Shown here piece after piece: positions 46,364 through 60,231 of a DNA stretch of 64,000 bases (within the stretch, counting starts at the first letter, position 1; the number at the start of each line of letters is the position of its first letter). Below the pieces are notes generated by a model. It had not been told where the DNA came from, made no database searches, and saw only the letters and a list, made by a program, of their open reading frames with translations. The translations under genes were made by a program, and so were the position numbers. Source of the stretch: Callorhinchus milii (taxonomy: Eukaryota); NCBI RefSeq assembly GCF_018977255.1, contig NW_024704743.1:7876001-7940000 (forward strand), read 5' to 3'.

Positions 46364-49300
46364 AGAACTCCCCTCAATCCCCTACTGCATATTCGCCTGA
46401 GTCTAGGCAAATCTGTGATCGATCAATAGTTGTTTTTAGTTTCTTCTTGATTTAATATTTTGTTAGTCACCCATAAAAGTTATAATATATAAACAACTCG
46501 CAAAGATATATATATATATATAAATAAACGCGAGCTGTTGCTCTATGTTCAGATACCGGGTGTTGACGTTTAGTAGTGAGGGTGAGGAGTGGATATTACC
46601 CTCAGTGCGTAATGGGAAATGGCGCTGGTACCTCATAGCCTGGAGGGAAAAGATACCAGCAACAGTATAGGGCTGTGATTACATACAAGTAGATGTAACA
46701 GTAAACCATACAGGTCAGAGGTTAAAGAGGAAAGTGAGATAATAAGAGGAACTGACAAGCTGAATAAAGGCTGAATCTTCGAGACCTTTGTTTTCAGGTA
46801 AGGGCCCAATCCCAAAAGCTTCTACCAATATCGAAATATCTCAAAATACTTCACAGTTCTTTAAGAGTCTGAGGCAATGTCGCATTGGATAATTCCAATC
46901 CAGTTTTTGGCAGATATGTGTCAGCCTGGCTCAGATATTAATAATAAAAATACTTGCATTTGATATAGCTCCTTATAAAGTAGTCGTGACATCTAAAGCT
47001 CTTCACAGGATACACTGGATATACTTCCTTGAAGAGAAAAGAACAGAGCTGGAATGCAGAAAGTGTTTCCATAGTAGATATTCTTTGTAGATTGAGCTAG
47101 AATTGGGGGTGTTTTTTTCCTCAAACTATGTTGTTCCGGACCAGGGACTGATTAACACTTGCAGTAGGTGTTCCTTAATGGAATACCGCTCCACGCCCCA
47201 GATAGAAACCAGTGGAGGAGTGAGCATTGCACAGAAACAATGGGTTGAATATCCTGTGAACTTTCTCTGAATCGCCAGGATGCATTAGAATCACAGAATT
47301 TTTTAAAAAAGCGCAGCCTGAGACCTCCTCTGGTACAGCTGTAACAGTAATAGAAGTATAGACTCATAGAAATGTACAGCACGGAAGAAGGTTATTTGGC
47401 CCATTGTGTCTGTGCTGGCTCTTTAATGAACAATCTTTCAGCCCATTTACCTGCCTTTCTCCATACCTCTGCAGTTTACTCCTTTTTAGGTATTTATCTA
47501 GCAGTTTATTCCTTTTTAGGTATTTGAAAACTAAGTTGAATTCTCCTCAAACAGCATTCCTGGCAGGGCATTGCATATCCTAACTGCACTGTGTATTTGT
47601 TTACTAACCATCTTAAATTGATGCTCTCTAATCACTGGCTCACTGACCAGAGGAAATAGAGTAATTTCTCCCTTCTAACTCTATCAAAAACCCTCAACAC
47701 TTTAGAGATCTCTATCAGGTCACCTCTCTTTGTTCACAGAAAAGGTTCTGGTTCCTTCGATTCCATATTAAACAGCATAAATATGAACCACACCTTGCAT
47801 TTATGTGGCACCCTTCACTCGGGGTAGTGTCTCAGAGCACTTAACAGTGCCAGAGCCTGAGGCCGAGCCGGGCAGAGGGAGGAGGTGACCGTAAGCACAG
47901 TCGACGAGGAAGGTTTTCAGTGGTGATCTAAAAAAGGGGAAGGAGGGGGCAGGTTGGAGGGATTGAGGGAGAGAGAGTTCCAAAGCTTTGGGATGTAGTG
48001 GTTGAAAGCGTGGCCGCCGATGGTGGAGCGGAGAGAACCAGGGACGAGCAGGAGGCCAGAGCCCGCCGAGCGGAGGCAGCGGGTAGCGGAGTCAGAAGAA
48101 AACAGTTAGGGAGGTTCCAGGGAGTGAAACGATTTATATCACCAATAAAAGTCAAGCTCTTGAAACAGAAACAGGAGATTGGAATGAAACACTGACCACA
48201 ATACTCACCTTTGAGAAGGAAGGTGTACAAAAACACAACATTCACATAGCTGGGCAAAAGGTTCTCAGCAGAGGACAAAATGTGTCCAACCCACAGACTG
48301 CCCAGGAGGGATTGATGTTTTAACAGTTTTTGGGCCAGGGAGTGTTCTCCACTCCTGCCCAAGGTTAGCATTGAAAAGCAACTCTTGGGAGAGAGAGAAA
48401 AAAATCCAGTCATCACTAAAATATGCTGCAAAGAAAACCTTACATATTTATCCACCTCTTAGGTTAGCATGAGGCCTCCACGCAATACTAACTGCTTTCA
48501 CATGTTGCCTCGTTCCTGCTTTAGCACCTCCGACTGTTTGCTCAAATCTAAACAAAACTGTGAAAAAACATCTTGGGATGGTGCAAGTGAGGTTTGGTTT
48601 GCAGACCAAGGCAAACAAATCTACATTGTCTGCACAGCCAAATTTAGATTGGAGCAGCATTTTTTTTTGAAAAAATAACATTTGAGAATACATTTTCAAA
48701 TGTAAATAGAATTTCTGAGACAGTGTCTTAATGTCCCAGGAAAGAAGCAAGCCACATCATCATTTCTACTCCCCAGGGCTCTTTTAGAGGACGAGGTTTT
48801 GTTAAATGCTGGTGTCCGAATTAAACACTAGCTACACAAATGTAATTTTGTTGTTGTTGCTTTAGATTCATACGAACGATTGTTCACATTGCCCAATTCT
48901 ACAACAACAACTTGCATTTTCTATAGTGCCCCTCACGCAGGGTAGCGTCCCAGAGCACTTGGCTTTCAGTTGACTTCCAAAAGTCTAGCACTTGACTTTC
49001 ACACGATTCTAATATAATAATAATCCTTGCATTTGTTATAGCGCCTTATCAGGTTGTTGCAATATCTCAAAGCGCTTTACCTAATATCCTGTCAGGTGAA
49101 CTGACTGTATATTTTGAGAGCGAAATCAGGGAAGGCCGGCAAGCTTATAATAAGTTTCACACAATGGGAGGAATGTTTCCAACCACACTAACCTAGCCTC
49201 ATCGTCAATAACTCACGGTTTTATCTTCAAACCACCATTCTATTCCTTAACAAAAGCCTCCCCTCAATTGTCATCTCATGTGAACACTTAGTCTGATGTG

Positions 49301-49879
49301 GAGCTAATATTCTGACAGAGAATGAAATTTTTAAAAATAAACTACTGTTTAGAAAAGTAAAATATATTCAGAAACCAGGAAAGACAGATCAACAATCATA
49401 TAACCACACAAAAAAAATACTTCTCCTCACTGCTGTGCGAATGATTTTAGGCAACACATTTCCTAAAAAGACAAGAGCCCAGCACAGAAAACTACTGATA
49501 ACTGTGTTCTTGTCAGCAATTTTACTTCAGTGAGGCCATAAGGATGGTTGGTGGGGAAAGTAGAGATAAACACACATTTGCAAGTGCGGGGCTAACTACT
49601 GAGGTTGGGGTGAATGGAGTTGCAGAGGCACAAAGCAGGGAGCATTAGCACGCACCAACTAGCCTAGCACCTTGGGACGTCCTCCTGACATGAAAAGCGC
49701 TATACAAATGTAATTTGTTGGTATTTTGAAAGCTTCAAGCCAACAATGCACAACAAAAATGACACAAAATTCTGTTCCACTCCCCAGCACTGACATCTTC
49801 CACTTCAATAAGCAGTGAATTCCCCCCACCTCCCTGACAAACAAAAGGATGTTTCTTGCACAGTTGGTGCCCAATTTAC

Positions 49880-52043
49880 CTCTCTGATGAAAGCTGGTTC
49901 AGTGCAGCTCCCATCGATTCACTCTTTACGCTAACGGGATTATCGGGTGCCAGGTGTTGGCTGGAAAAGTCACCGCTGATCAAGATCTTGTGGATTTCTT
50001 TCAGGTGACTAAAGTAGACTCCAATATGCCCAAAAAGCTTAGCACAGAACTCGCAGCACATGAGCTTCTTGCGACGGATGTCGCTGTGACGCCTTTTCAT
50101 GTGCGTGCTCAGGCTGCCCGAGTGACTGTAAGCCTTGTGGCAGATGCGGCAGCAGTAAGGCCTGCTGTTGGAGTGAATGTTCAGATGGTCTTGGAGGTGA
50201 TGCTTGAACTGAAACCCTCGGCTGCAAACGTTGCATTTGTAGACCTGTTTGCATAGCACCAAGTGCGCGGGCAAGTTCCTGCAGTAAGCAGGGAGCTTGG
50301 CCGATACACTATGTTCGCTTGGCATTATGTGCCCTGGTCTGCTCGCTGCCGTGCTGCTTGGTGCCATCCCTGACTTTATGCTGTCGAAGTTCTGTAAAGT
50401 AACCATTCCTGCGGGTGATGGGAGTGGAGCCACAGCCTGCACGGTCATCACAGGTTTGGGCATGATGTTGCAGAACTTCTTCAACACCGCGGCCGTTTTG
50501 TCTGAGTTTTCAGTTGTTACCGCTTTGTTGCCGTCTTCATCCGTTTTGAAAGTGCCAGTCTCCTGAGGACAAGAATCACGTTTCACCTTGTCTTTATCTT
50601 CCTGCATTCTGCTAAAGAGATTAGAGGCCTTAAACCTTTTTGTTCTAGAAATGGCTACATTATCTGTGACCTTTCGTTTCCTTACTAATCTGTGCTTGGG
50701 CAGATTACTGATTGGTTTCTTCAATCGAATTATGACTACCTTGGGCGACATGCGGAGGTAGTCACTGTGCAGGAGCTCGGAAGATTTCTGGCTGCCTGGC
50801 TTAGATTCACCCCGTACAGAGAAACCAGAAGCACAAGGAACAAGTCTAGAAGTTGGAGCAAGTCTGGTCTGTTCACTGACTGAGGGTAAACTGGAGGGTG
50901 CAGGCATTAAATGAGCAGGTGCAGCTGCAACAGGAGTCTGATTGGGTTTTGAGTTGAGGAAGATCGCTCCTTTAACTCGAGAATATGGCAAAATGGGAAC
51001 TTTGCCTTTTGGTGCGGGTGCAATAAACTGCACAGAGTTTCCAAACTGCATCACAGGCATTGAGCTGGGAGGTCTGATGGCCTGCGTTATCAGCGGCGAC
51101 TGCTTATCATTTTGGACAACAGACCAAGTTGAGAGAGTGCAGGTACTGGTGGCAGACAGGGAATCCGGGTTGGGTTTCGGAAAAACCTTCATCGGCACAG
51201 CCTGCGGTAACGATCCATCCATGCTGGGCGAGGCAGACAAGCATACAGGTCGATTCACTTCACTGGGTTTCAATACATCAGTCTTGGAGCTGGAAGAATG
51301 TCTTGGCATGACCCCACTACCCTGGGCAACTGTGACAGAGATCATCAGGTCAGCAGGTGCTTTCTCCCCCTCAGCCAGTAATCCTTGTTTAGATGTTAGC
51401 AGGTTAGGATACGCTGGAGAGTGACTGGAGACAGAAGCTGACTGAACTTGTATTGGAGTCACTGGTTGTTGACACGTTTGATTTTGTTCGTTACTGGGCT
51501 TCACAATCGTCATTGTTGACGCAAGTCCCTTCTCCGGAGCTGGCTTTGCCCTTATGGATTGGTAACGGGGAATTGGAAGTTTCAATACTTCCGCGGGAGC
51601 AACATTAGAAGGTGCCTTTCTGAATAACCCTATCGGGGGTCTTGGACGTGGTTGAAGACCCGCTTGAGAAGCCTGTGGTTGACTGGTACAAGGTCCAACA
51701 ATTGGTTTACAAACTTGTGGTGACGCTCGGGCAGGAGTTGGAGACACCTGCGGCAAAGCCACAAGAGAGTACGTTCCCTCTTTACCAGCAATCGGCATCA
51801 AGGCATAGCTCTGAGATGGCATTATAATGGGTTTTGTGCTAGTTGTTGTAAGTTTACTGCTCTGGCTATCTGGTGAGCTGGCAGGTCTTGTAGAAACGCC
51901 ACTCACAGGAGAATGAGGTACCAGAGAAGAAGCGGAATTAGTTATCACTGATGTGGTAACTTTTGGTGCAATGGTCCTGAAATGAGCCTTGGTTTGTAGA
52001 CTTCTCTTCTGACCACTTGTATTGGATGAAGACCCTTGCACAT
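49880..52043 (-). CDS. ZNF438: ZNF438 large internal coding exon with three C2H2 zinc fingers
   Basis: Lies within ORF 49876..52128. Acceptor catgttttcacAG (52045-52044) and donor AG|GTAAAT (49879-49878, phase 2). ZNF438 motifs: LQTKAHFRTIAPK, SYALMPIAGKEGTYSLVALPQV, LKLPIPRYQ, KGKVPILPYS, NIMPKPV. Fingers: CNVC..HLNIH, CRIC..HMKRRH, CEFC..HLKEIH. Confidence 0.95.
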
Positions 52044-52249
52044 CTGTGAAAACATGGATACCAAAAGAGTCATTATAACTGAACAACTTGCAATTATCCA
52101 ATGTCTTTCGTATCGAGCAACATTTCAAAGTGATTCAGTATAAGTGCCAGACGGGAAGTGGGGGAATAGAGGGGGGGAATAGAGTGGGGGATGGAAGAAA
52201 CAGTTCCAATTCAATGATCAATCTTTGCAGATTAAATAAAGAGCTATTT

Positions 52250-52575
52250 ATAATAAATAATAATAATAATAATCCTTGCATTTGATATAGCGCTTTTCAT
52301 GTCTTCTAGACGTCTCAAAGCGCTTCACAGAGTAGACTGTAAAGTGATTGACTGTATATTTGTAGGCGAAACGCATCAGCCAATTGTGCACAGCAGTGCC
52401 CCACAAACAGTCGTGGATTGAAAATGACCAATTTATTATTGTTTTGTTTTGGAGGGTTTATTATTATTAGGCGTGTGGAGTAAGGAAACTTGCCCAAAGT
52501 TTCGCCCTGCCTGGAATTGAACCCAGGTGTCTCGCTTGCAAGGCAAGCGCACTAACCACTGAGCTACAGGACTCC
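52250..52575 (-). mobile_element. CORE-deleted SINE, full length, about 200 nt upstream of the ZNF438 large exon
   Basis: The reverse complement is a complete head-body-tail unit with (ATT)n. Confidence 0.9.
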
Positions 52576-55019
52576 TTTATTCAATAGACCTCCAGGATTG
52601 TGTTCTGAATGACCCACCCCGTTTCCTAATTCACACTGAAGACATTTTTTTTAAATGTTGCTACGTGCAAAAGTGAGTGGAGCAGACTGAGAGCTCATGG
52701 GAACCCATGGGCATTGATCGTACACCACAGAGAAAAAAAAATGTCAAACTGTTTTAACCATTGAAACCTCTTTCAAAGGTAAGCAATTCAAATGTAGCAA
52801 TTCTTGCAATTCTTTAAATGAACAAAGTCTTTCAACTCTGGTCTTCTGTGAACCCAGGTAATTGCTTCACTTGAAAGAGGGATTGAGTGTGTCACAATTT
52901 AGTTGCATTGGCTATGCTTGTGGTTTGTGAGCATTAAACTCCCACAAATGAAGTATTTTGAGATTTCTCCAAATCAGATGTGCGACATTTAAAATAAGGG
53001 GGATACACAAATTATAGATGTTAAATTGTTTCTCAGTACTGAAGATAATACAGATGAGATGCAATATTATATTACACATTCAACTTTTTGTATGCTATTC
53101 TCACTTTGACGTTCACAGTAGTGACGGCAATCACCGACAGGATGTAGGGAGCCATTTGGAATCTGATATTCATTGAAATCCCAATAAATAGTGCAGACTT
53201 ATAGGATCTATGAAAAGATGACCAACCTGTTCCTATTTCTATCTCAGTTTCTGTTTGATGGATGACGAAATGAAACACGGTACAACACACATTTCAGATT
53301 TTGTTTTGAACAAATTTTCACAACGGTAGCCCTCACAATTACTTATGAAATTCTGAGTGCGAGGTGAAGGAAAATAGCACTTTCACAGCCTGCCTGCCTT
53401 GTGGGGCTTCTCAATGCCTCCGCAGTTCTGTGGTTCAGGCACTGCAATTTCCTGTCCTTGCCGTTCAACAAAGTTAAGTAAACTGAAGAAACGGTGCTCT
53501 TGTCATTGCCTTGTGAAGCATTGGAACTTTCCTTTTAGTAACATTGCCTTTTGCTGTGTGAGAGAGATCGTGAGACTGTAAGAGGCAACGATCAAAGGTT
53601 CAGCATTTCCTTCATACTTCAGCAGCAGCAAATCTAGACACGATTTAATGCTTCACCAGATTTAAGCATCACTGGCATCACGTCAAGAGGGCAGAGAAAA
53701 GAAAACCCGAAGGGCTCTGATTCTGTCAGTCAGTGCTCTTTCAGAGGTCAAGGGAACATTTTTAATTTTTTTAACATGATACAATCGTATATTTATGTAG
53801 CGCCTTTCACGTCGGAAGGACATCCCAATTTGCCTAACAATATTGGCTTGGCACCTGCGCTGGAGGTGGGAGGGGATTGATGCCCAAAAGCGTGGTCAAA
53901 GAAGTAGGTCTTACGACCCACCTTGAACGAGGTGAGGGAGGTTTATATTTACATCTATATGTTCATCTTGACACCTAATGTACACAACATCTTAACAGAT
54001 TCCTTAATCAGGAAAAGGCAAATAAGTCACACCGGCAAGTTGGTGATAGGAAGTCCATTTTGATGTGATCCTTTGGGATGACTTTGTAATAACTTATTTC
54101 TGGTTAGCTGGGGATGGGGGTGGGGTAGGGTTTTCTCAGTTTTCTTTATTCATGAATCCCATTAGAAATTGCCACACCTTCAATTCTGCTGTTAAAAATC
54201 TTGTCACGTCCAACCTTTAAAAAAAATCCCAAGGAGCATTCTCTTCACAACTTTTCTCATTTTGAAACTAGCTCTCAGTAAAAATGGACCCGATTCAAGT
54301 AATCATCTCCATAGGAGAGAGGCCCCATCCCACACCCTCTCCCATGGGCAGAACTGGAGAAGTAGCTTACATGTTACTTGCTGCCTGCCAAGGAGATTCT
54401 ATTTTTTTTAAAAAACAGAAGTCATCTAAATTAACTGTGCACTCTCCAAAAACTGCTCACAAGAGAAGGTTCAGATGAAGGAGGAACTTTGGTCCTCTTA
54501 ATCTCATCCTTCAAGAATATCCACCCCACTGTCCTGCCCTGACAGCATCAAGCTGTTTCTTGAAAGACTAACATAGTTTTTCAAGATCTTTTCAAGGATT
54601 TGTTTTAATTCCTTTAGTTGTTAATGTTTGTGCTTGGGGGTTATTTATTTATTCATTTATAGCTGCGTACAGTTTAACCACAATTTCAACTGTTCATTTT
54701 TTTATATGATCAATATTTTATATTGTGGGTTTCAATTCACAAGATCAGTTTGGATGAAGAAGGCTCTTTGGCCCATTTGAGACCATTATTCCAGAATAAC
54801 CCACCCAACCATCAACCCATTAGAGCATTAAGCTGCTTCTTAAATAAAATTTGTATACTGGTCTCAATCATTTGTTCCAGTCGTTAAATATTCTCTGGGT
54901 AAAGAAATACTTCCTGGTGTCTGTCAGGAAATTACCCTTTGCCACCTTGGACCTGGTCGTGTTCTGGTGTATCTGGAAGTTTTGTGGTTACTTTCTAAAA
55001 TCACTTTTTTTTTAGGGGA

Positions 55020-55410
55020 ACAACAACAATAAAATTATATTTATAGAGCACCTTTCACGTCAGGAGGACGCCCCAAGGCGCTGGACAGTCAGGGGTCAGG
55101 ACCCGAGCATGGGGGAAGGGTGGCGTACAACAACAATAACAATAAAATTACATTTATAGAGCACCTTTCACATCGGGAGGACGTCCCAAAGTGCTGAACA
55201 GTCAGGTGTCGGTGCCCAAGCATGAAGGAGGGGTGGTGTAGGGGTGAGGGAAGGCAGAGAGGTGGGAGGGAGACCAAAGGCACGGTCGAAGAGAAGGGTC
55301 TTGAGACCGGCCTTGAAAGAGGCAAGGGAGGAAGCGAGGCAAAGGGACCGTAGGATGGAGTTCCAGAGTTGCAGAGCTGCAGAGTTTTGGATCATCTGCA
55401 GCTTGTGAAG
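55020..55410 (-). mobile_element. Two tandem L2 3' ends (about 55020-55125 and 55127-55410)
   Basis: Two successive (CAA)n + L2 terminal motifs; [30 protein letters not shown]. Confidence 0.85.
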
Positions 55411-56959
55411 GCTATTGCTGTCAATCTGTCTGGTCCCAATACAAACAAAAGCATTCACACTCTCTTTCTCTCTCTCTCGTGCCCAAACTCCTTAAATAAT
55501 TTCAAATAGCTATCTAATTCCCTCTTGAGTTTGCTGTTATAATCTGCCTCCACCACTTCCTAGGTTACACATTCTACCTGTTCACCATCCTGTTGAAAAT
55601 ACTCCAGCCCAAACTAGCTGTTTATGTTCCCTTTTCTGAGTTTGAGTCTACGCCCCCTTGTTGTAACGTTTGTGACTATGGTAACATGATTAAGATTGAA
55701 TTGATCTATACTCTTTGAAACCTTTTAACCTTCAATAAGATCTCTCCAAGGCTTTTTGCTCCATTCTGCTGCTTCTTCTCATTAGCTCTGGTGTCTTACT
55801 TCCAGCTCTCAATCTAGTTTAACCTTAACTGCATTCTCTCCAATGTCAAAATGTAATAAGGAGACCAGAAATATACCCCATAGTCCAGGCTATACACCAT
55901 AGACCAGTGCTGTTCCCAGGTTCAGTATCACTTCCTGTGACACTTACTGTGAGTGGATACCCCAAGAACTACTTGCCAGACAGAGAGAGAGACCAGACAG
56001 GATCTGTGCAGACTAGCACCAAGGGAATCAATCAATACTGCCAAGGTTCTACCATTCTTGGAAAAAAGTGAATGTGGTTTCCATCTTCAAGATAGCTGAC
56101 TGACTCAAACTTGGCAATTACAGGCCTATGAGCCTGGAGTGAAATATTATGTATGAGCTCTCTCCATAACGATATCTGACTCCCGCTCATCATTCCAAAA
56201 TCTTCTTGGTCCTTCTTTACTGCCCGCTTCAGAACTTCACAGGTAAGTGCTGACAAGTGTAGGACTGTATTGTAGGCTAATGCAGCTGCCAATCTGCATT
56301 CAAGAAATCCCAGGAACAGCCACAAAGTGAATCAGCAATGTATCTGAAGGATCGCTGGCCAGGATATCGAGCAAAACTCTTTTTTCTGTTAAAATAATAA
56401 TAATAATCCTTGCGTTTGGCACAGTGCCTTTCACATCAGGAGGATGTCTCAAAGAGCTTCAAAGGCTTTACTGTAAAGTGGACTGACTATATTTGTTGGC
56501 AAACGCAGCAGCCCAATTGCACACAGCAATATCCCACAAACAGCCATGAAATGAACGGCCAATTTTATTTTGGGGATTGTTGACCAGGACACCGGGAGAA
56601 ACTCCCTTCTCTTTTCGAGTAATGTCATGGGATCTTTAATGTCCACCTGAACAGGCAGTTTAAAGTCCCATCCAAAGGGTTAAAGTCGGTTTAAAATCCC
56701 ATCCGACTAACTGCCAACGATGTAACACCCACCCCAACACTGCACTGAGTGTCAGCTTAGATTAAATGAATTCAAATCCCGACTGCCACGTAGACTTTCG
56801 TTGTTTTTAGCTTCCTGTTCAGCTTCTGTGGATTTGTCTTTCTAGTTTTTACCTTTCTCCTAGGGATACCCTTTTAATCCATTTTCTGTAATGAAAATAT
56901 ATATTGAAGATGGTTTAAGAGTATACTGGTAATTTCTTGTAGGAAAGTCATGCTGCAAA

Positions 56960-58330
56960 TACAACAACAACAACAACAAGATTCCATTTATAGAGCGCCT
57001 TTCACGTCAGGAGGACGTCCCAAGGCGCTGTACAGTTGGGTCAGGACCCGAGCAGGGGGGAAATGGTCAGGGTGAGGGTAGGAAGGGAGGGAGCGAGGAG
57101 GGGGTAGAGAGTCGAGAGGGGAGCTGAAGGCACGGTCAAAGAGAAAGGTCTTGAGACCGGCCTTGAAGGAGGAAAGGGAGGAGGCGGCGAAGGCACTGGG
57201 GGATAGAGTTCCAGAGCCTAGGGGCTGAGAGGCTGAAGGCCCGGCCACCGATGGTAGGGCGGTTGGGACGGGGGATGTGGAGCAGACCGGAGCCAGAGGA
57301 ACAGAGGGTACGCGCAGGTAGGTAGGGGGATAGTAGGTCGGAGAGGTAGGAGGGAGCAAGGCCGTGAATGGCCTTGTAGGTGAGGGTGAGGATCTTGAAT
57401 TCGATCCTCTGGGGGATGGGGAGCCAGTGGAGGCGAGCGAGGGTGGGAGTGATGTGGTCGCGAAGCCTGGTGCGGGACAGTACACGAGCTGCAGAGTTCT
57501 GAATGACCTGCAGCTTGTGGAGGGAGGTGCCGGGAAGGCCGGCGAGGAGAGAGTTCCCATAGTCCAGCCTTCAGGTAATAAAGGCATGGACCAGGGTTTC
57601 AGCAGCGTGAGGGGTGAGGTAGTGCCGTAGTCTGGCGATATTCCGGAGGTGATGGAAGGCGGTGCCAGTTGTGGCGCGGATATGAGGGAGAAAGGACAGC
57701 TCAGGGTCGAACAGAACCCCGAGGTTCCTGACTGACTTTGAGAGGTGGAGAGTGCAGCCTTGGATGCTGATGCTGTCAGCGCCTGCGGTGCGGAGACGCT
57801 GACGTGAGCCAATCAGGAGGGCCTCAGTTTTATGAACGTTGAGCTGAAGAAAGTTGTCTCTCATCCAGGACTCGATGTCAGACAGGCAGCTGTCAGGACA
57901 TCAGTGGTCCTGGAGTTGAGGGTAGAGGAGGAAAGATAGAGTTGGGTGTCATCCGCATACATGTGGAAGTTAACCCCATGTCTGCGGATGATGTCACCAA
58001 GGGGGAGCATATAGAGGGTGAAGAGGAGGGGACCGAGGACAGAGCCCTGAGGACACCGCATGAGACAGTGCGGGGGCCGGAGGAAAAACCATTCGTGGAA
58101 ACAAAGTGAAGACGGTGGGAGAGGTACGACCTAAGCCACTCAAGGACAGGGCCTTGAAGGTTGAGGTGGGAGGACAAGCGGTGGAGGAGGATAGGGTGGT
58201 TGACCGTATCGAATGCTGCCGATAGGACGAGGAGGCAGAGGGAGCCCTGGTCACAGATGGTCAGGATGTCATTGGTGACCTTGACCAGGGCAGTTTCTGT
58301 GCTATGGGCAGCACGGAAACCCGACTGAAG
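56960..58330 (-). mobile_element. Young 5'-truncated L2 LINE (same subfamily as 41889-44491)
   Basis: [19 protein letters not shown] and YADDTQ are present. Nearly colinear with 41889-43320, with the same 3' UTR and (GTT)n tail. Confidence 0.95.
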
Positions 58331-58957
58331 GTTTCATGTGATCTGTACGTTGCTGAAAGAGCCATAAGTAATGTGAGTTATATCATATATCATGAGACGT
58401 CTAGAAGATGTGAAAAGCGCTATAACAAATGCAAGGATTATTATTATAAGTTAGATAAAGGAGTATTTTTAAAATGCTGTTGTATCATCGATTGTCCTTC
58501 TACTGTCCTCTCGATCAGTTGAATCCATATTCATGCAATGCGATCCCATACCTAATAGTCGGTCCAATATGCAGAAATTTCTAATGGGGCTTCTTAATAT
58601 AATAATTCTCGCATTTGATATAGCCCCTTATGACATTATCGAGACATCTCAAAGCGCTTCACAGGATTTTACCGTTAAGTGTAGTGATTGTATTTGTAAG
58701 CAAACGCGACAGCCAATTTGCACGCAGCAATGTCTCACAAACAGCCATGGAGTGAGTGACCAATTTTATCAGGACTCCGGGAGAAATTCCCTCTTTTTTT
58801 CAATAATGTCATGGGATCTTTAAAGTCCACCTAAACAAGCAGACAGGATCTTGATTTAATACCTGCACCTCCGACAATCCAGCATATCGTTAGCAGTCTT
58901 GGCATGTCCAACCCATGAATCAGTATCAGTTGTTGCTCATGTGCTGCAATTGCTTAC

Positions 58958-58994
58958 CTTTCTCCTTTAGGATACTGTTAGGCACATCTGCCAT
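58958..58994 (-). CDS. ZNF438: ZNF438 first coding exon (MADVPNSILKEK + 1 nt)
   Basis: Minus strand reads ATG GCA GAT GTG CCT AAC AGT ATC CTA AAG GAG AAA G|GTAAGC (donor GT 58957-58956). These 37 nt end in phase 1, which matches the phase-1 acceptor at 52044 (G+AT = Asp). A candidate upstream acceptor ttcactattacAG at 59085-59084 would make the whole exon 59083-58958. A 12-residue leader also fits my recollection of the mammalian N-terminus (MQNSVSVPPKDE). Confidence 0.75.
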
Positions 58995-59279
58995 ACCAGC
59001 AAGCTTTTCTTGAGCAAGATGACAAAATACAATTTGCAACGCCTGCTGTTTGTCGTCCTGTTTGTAATGAAATAACTGCAACTCTGTAATAGTGAACAAT
59101 CAGTCACAAACCATTCTCCAAAGGCAGACACATTGTTGAACTAAAATATACCACCGTTGCCAATACACTTCATCACATGTACTGGCGTGGAACAAATTAA
59201 TTGATAACATTCAGACTGCTATTTAACAAATTAAAAAAGACATCCTGCAGGGAGAACATTAACTAGGTTAAAGGGTGTG

Positions 59280-60190
59280 ATGGGCCCATTTTATTCCAAA
59301 ATCATCTTGGAAGCTAAGGACAACCCCAAACTCCTCTTTTCGACCATAAACCAACTCCTCCGTCCACCTTCCCATGCCTCTGCCATCCTCTCCTCCAACA
59401 CCTAATATGAGGAGATGATGGATTTTCTCAAGTCCAAAGTCGAGGGGATCCACTCTGCCACTCTAGCTCCTCTACTGGTACCTCGTACTCACCCACCCGT
59501 TCTCCTTCCAGCCCCACCCACCATCTCTCCCTCTACACTTTTGATCCTAAATCTTAAATAGGATATTTCTCGATGCACCAAGACATTTTCAGGAGCAACA
59601 TCAGGAAGTATTTTTTTTCCTAGAGGACAGTTAACCCACAGTCCTGTAGCTCAGTGGTTAGAGCACTTGCCTCGCAAGCAAAAGACCTGGGTTCGATTCC
59701 CGGGCAGGGCGAAACCTTAAGCAAGTTTCCTTACTCCAGACGCCTCTGTTTACCTTGCAGTAAGTAGGAACCAGGTTGTTTCTCGATTGGCGGATCGCTT
59801 TTCTGGGGGTAATAATTCCTTCCAAAAAATAGTAATAAATTGGTCACTAAATTCATGACTGTTTGTGGAATACAGCTATGTGGAGTGGAGTCCTGTAGCT
59901 CAGTGGTTAGAGCACTCGCTTTGCAAGTGAGAGACCTGAGTTCAATTCCAGGCAGGGCGAAACCTTGGGCAAGTTTCCTTACTCCACACGCCTAATAATA
60001 ATCCCTTCAAAAACCAAAAAAACAATAATTAATTGGTCATTTTCAATCTACGACTGTTTGTGGGACATTGCTGTGCGCAATTGGCTGCCGCGTTCGCCCA
60101 CAAATATACAGTCAATTCACTTTGCAGTATGTTCTGTGAAGCGCTTTGGGACGTCCTCCCGACGTGAAAAGCGCTATATCAAATGCAAGG

Positions 60191-60231
<41 letters not shown>

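Noticed and set aside
47470..47526. 30-bp tandem duplication gcagtttaYtcctttttaggtattt
   Set aside because: It is a local duplication inside a decayed CR1 3' end with no wider pattern, and is not CRISPR-like.
52044..52128. N-terminal MKCCSIRK.. part of the 750-aa ORF as the protein start
   Set aside because: It begins at a non-ATG codon upstream of a good acceptor; homology starts after 52043 and a phase-matched ATG exon exists at 58994.
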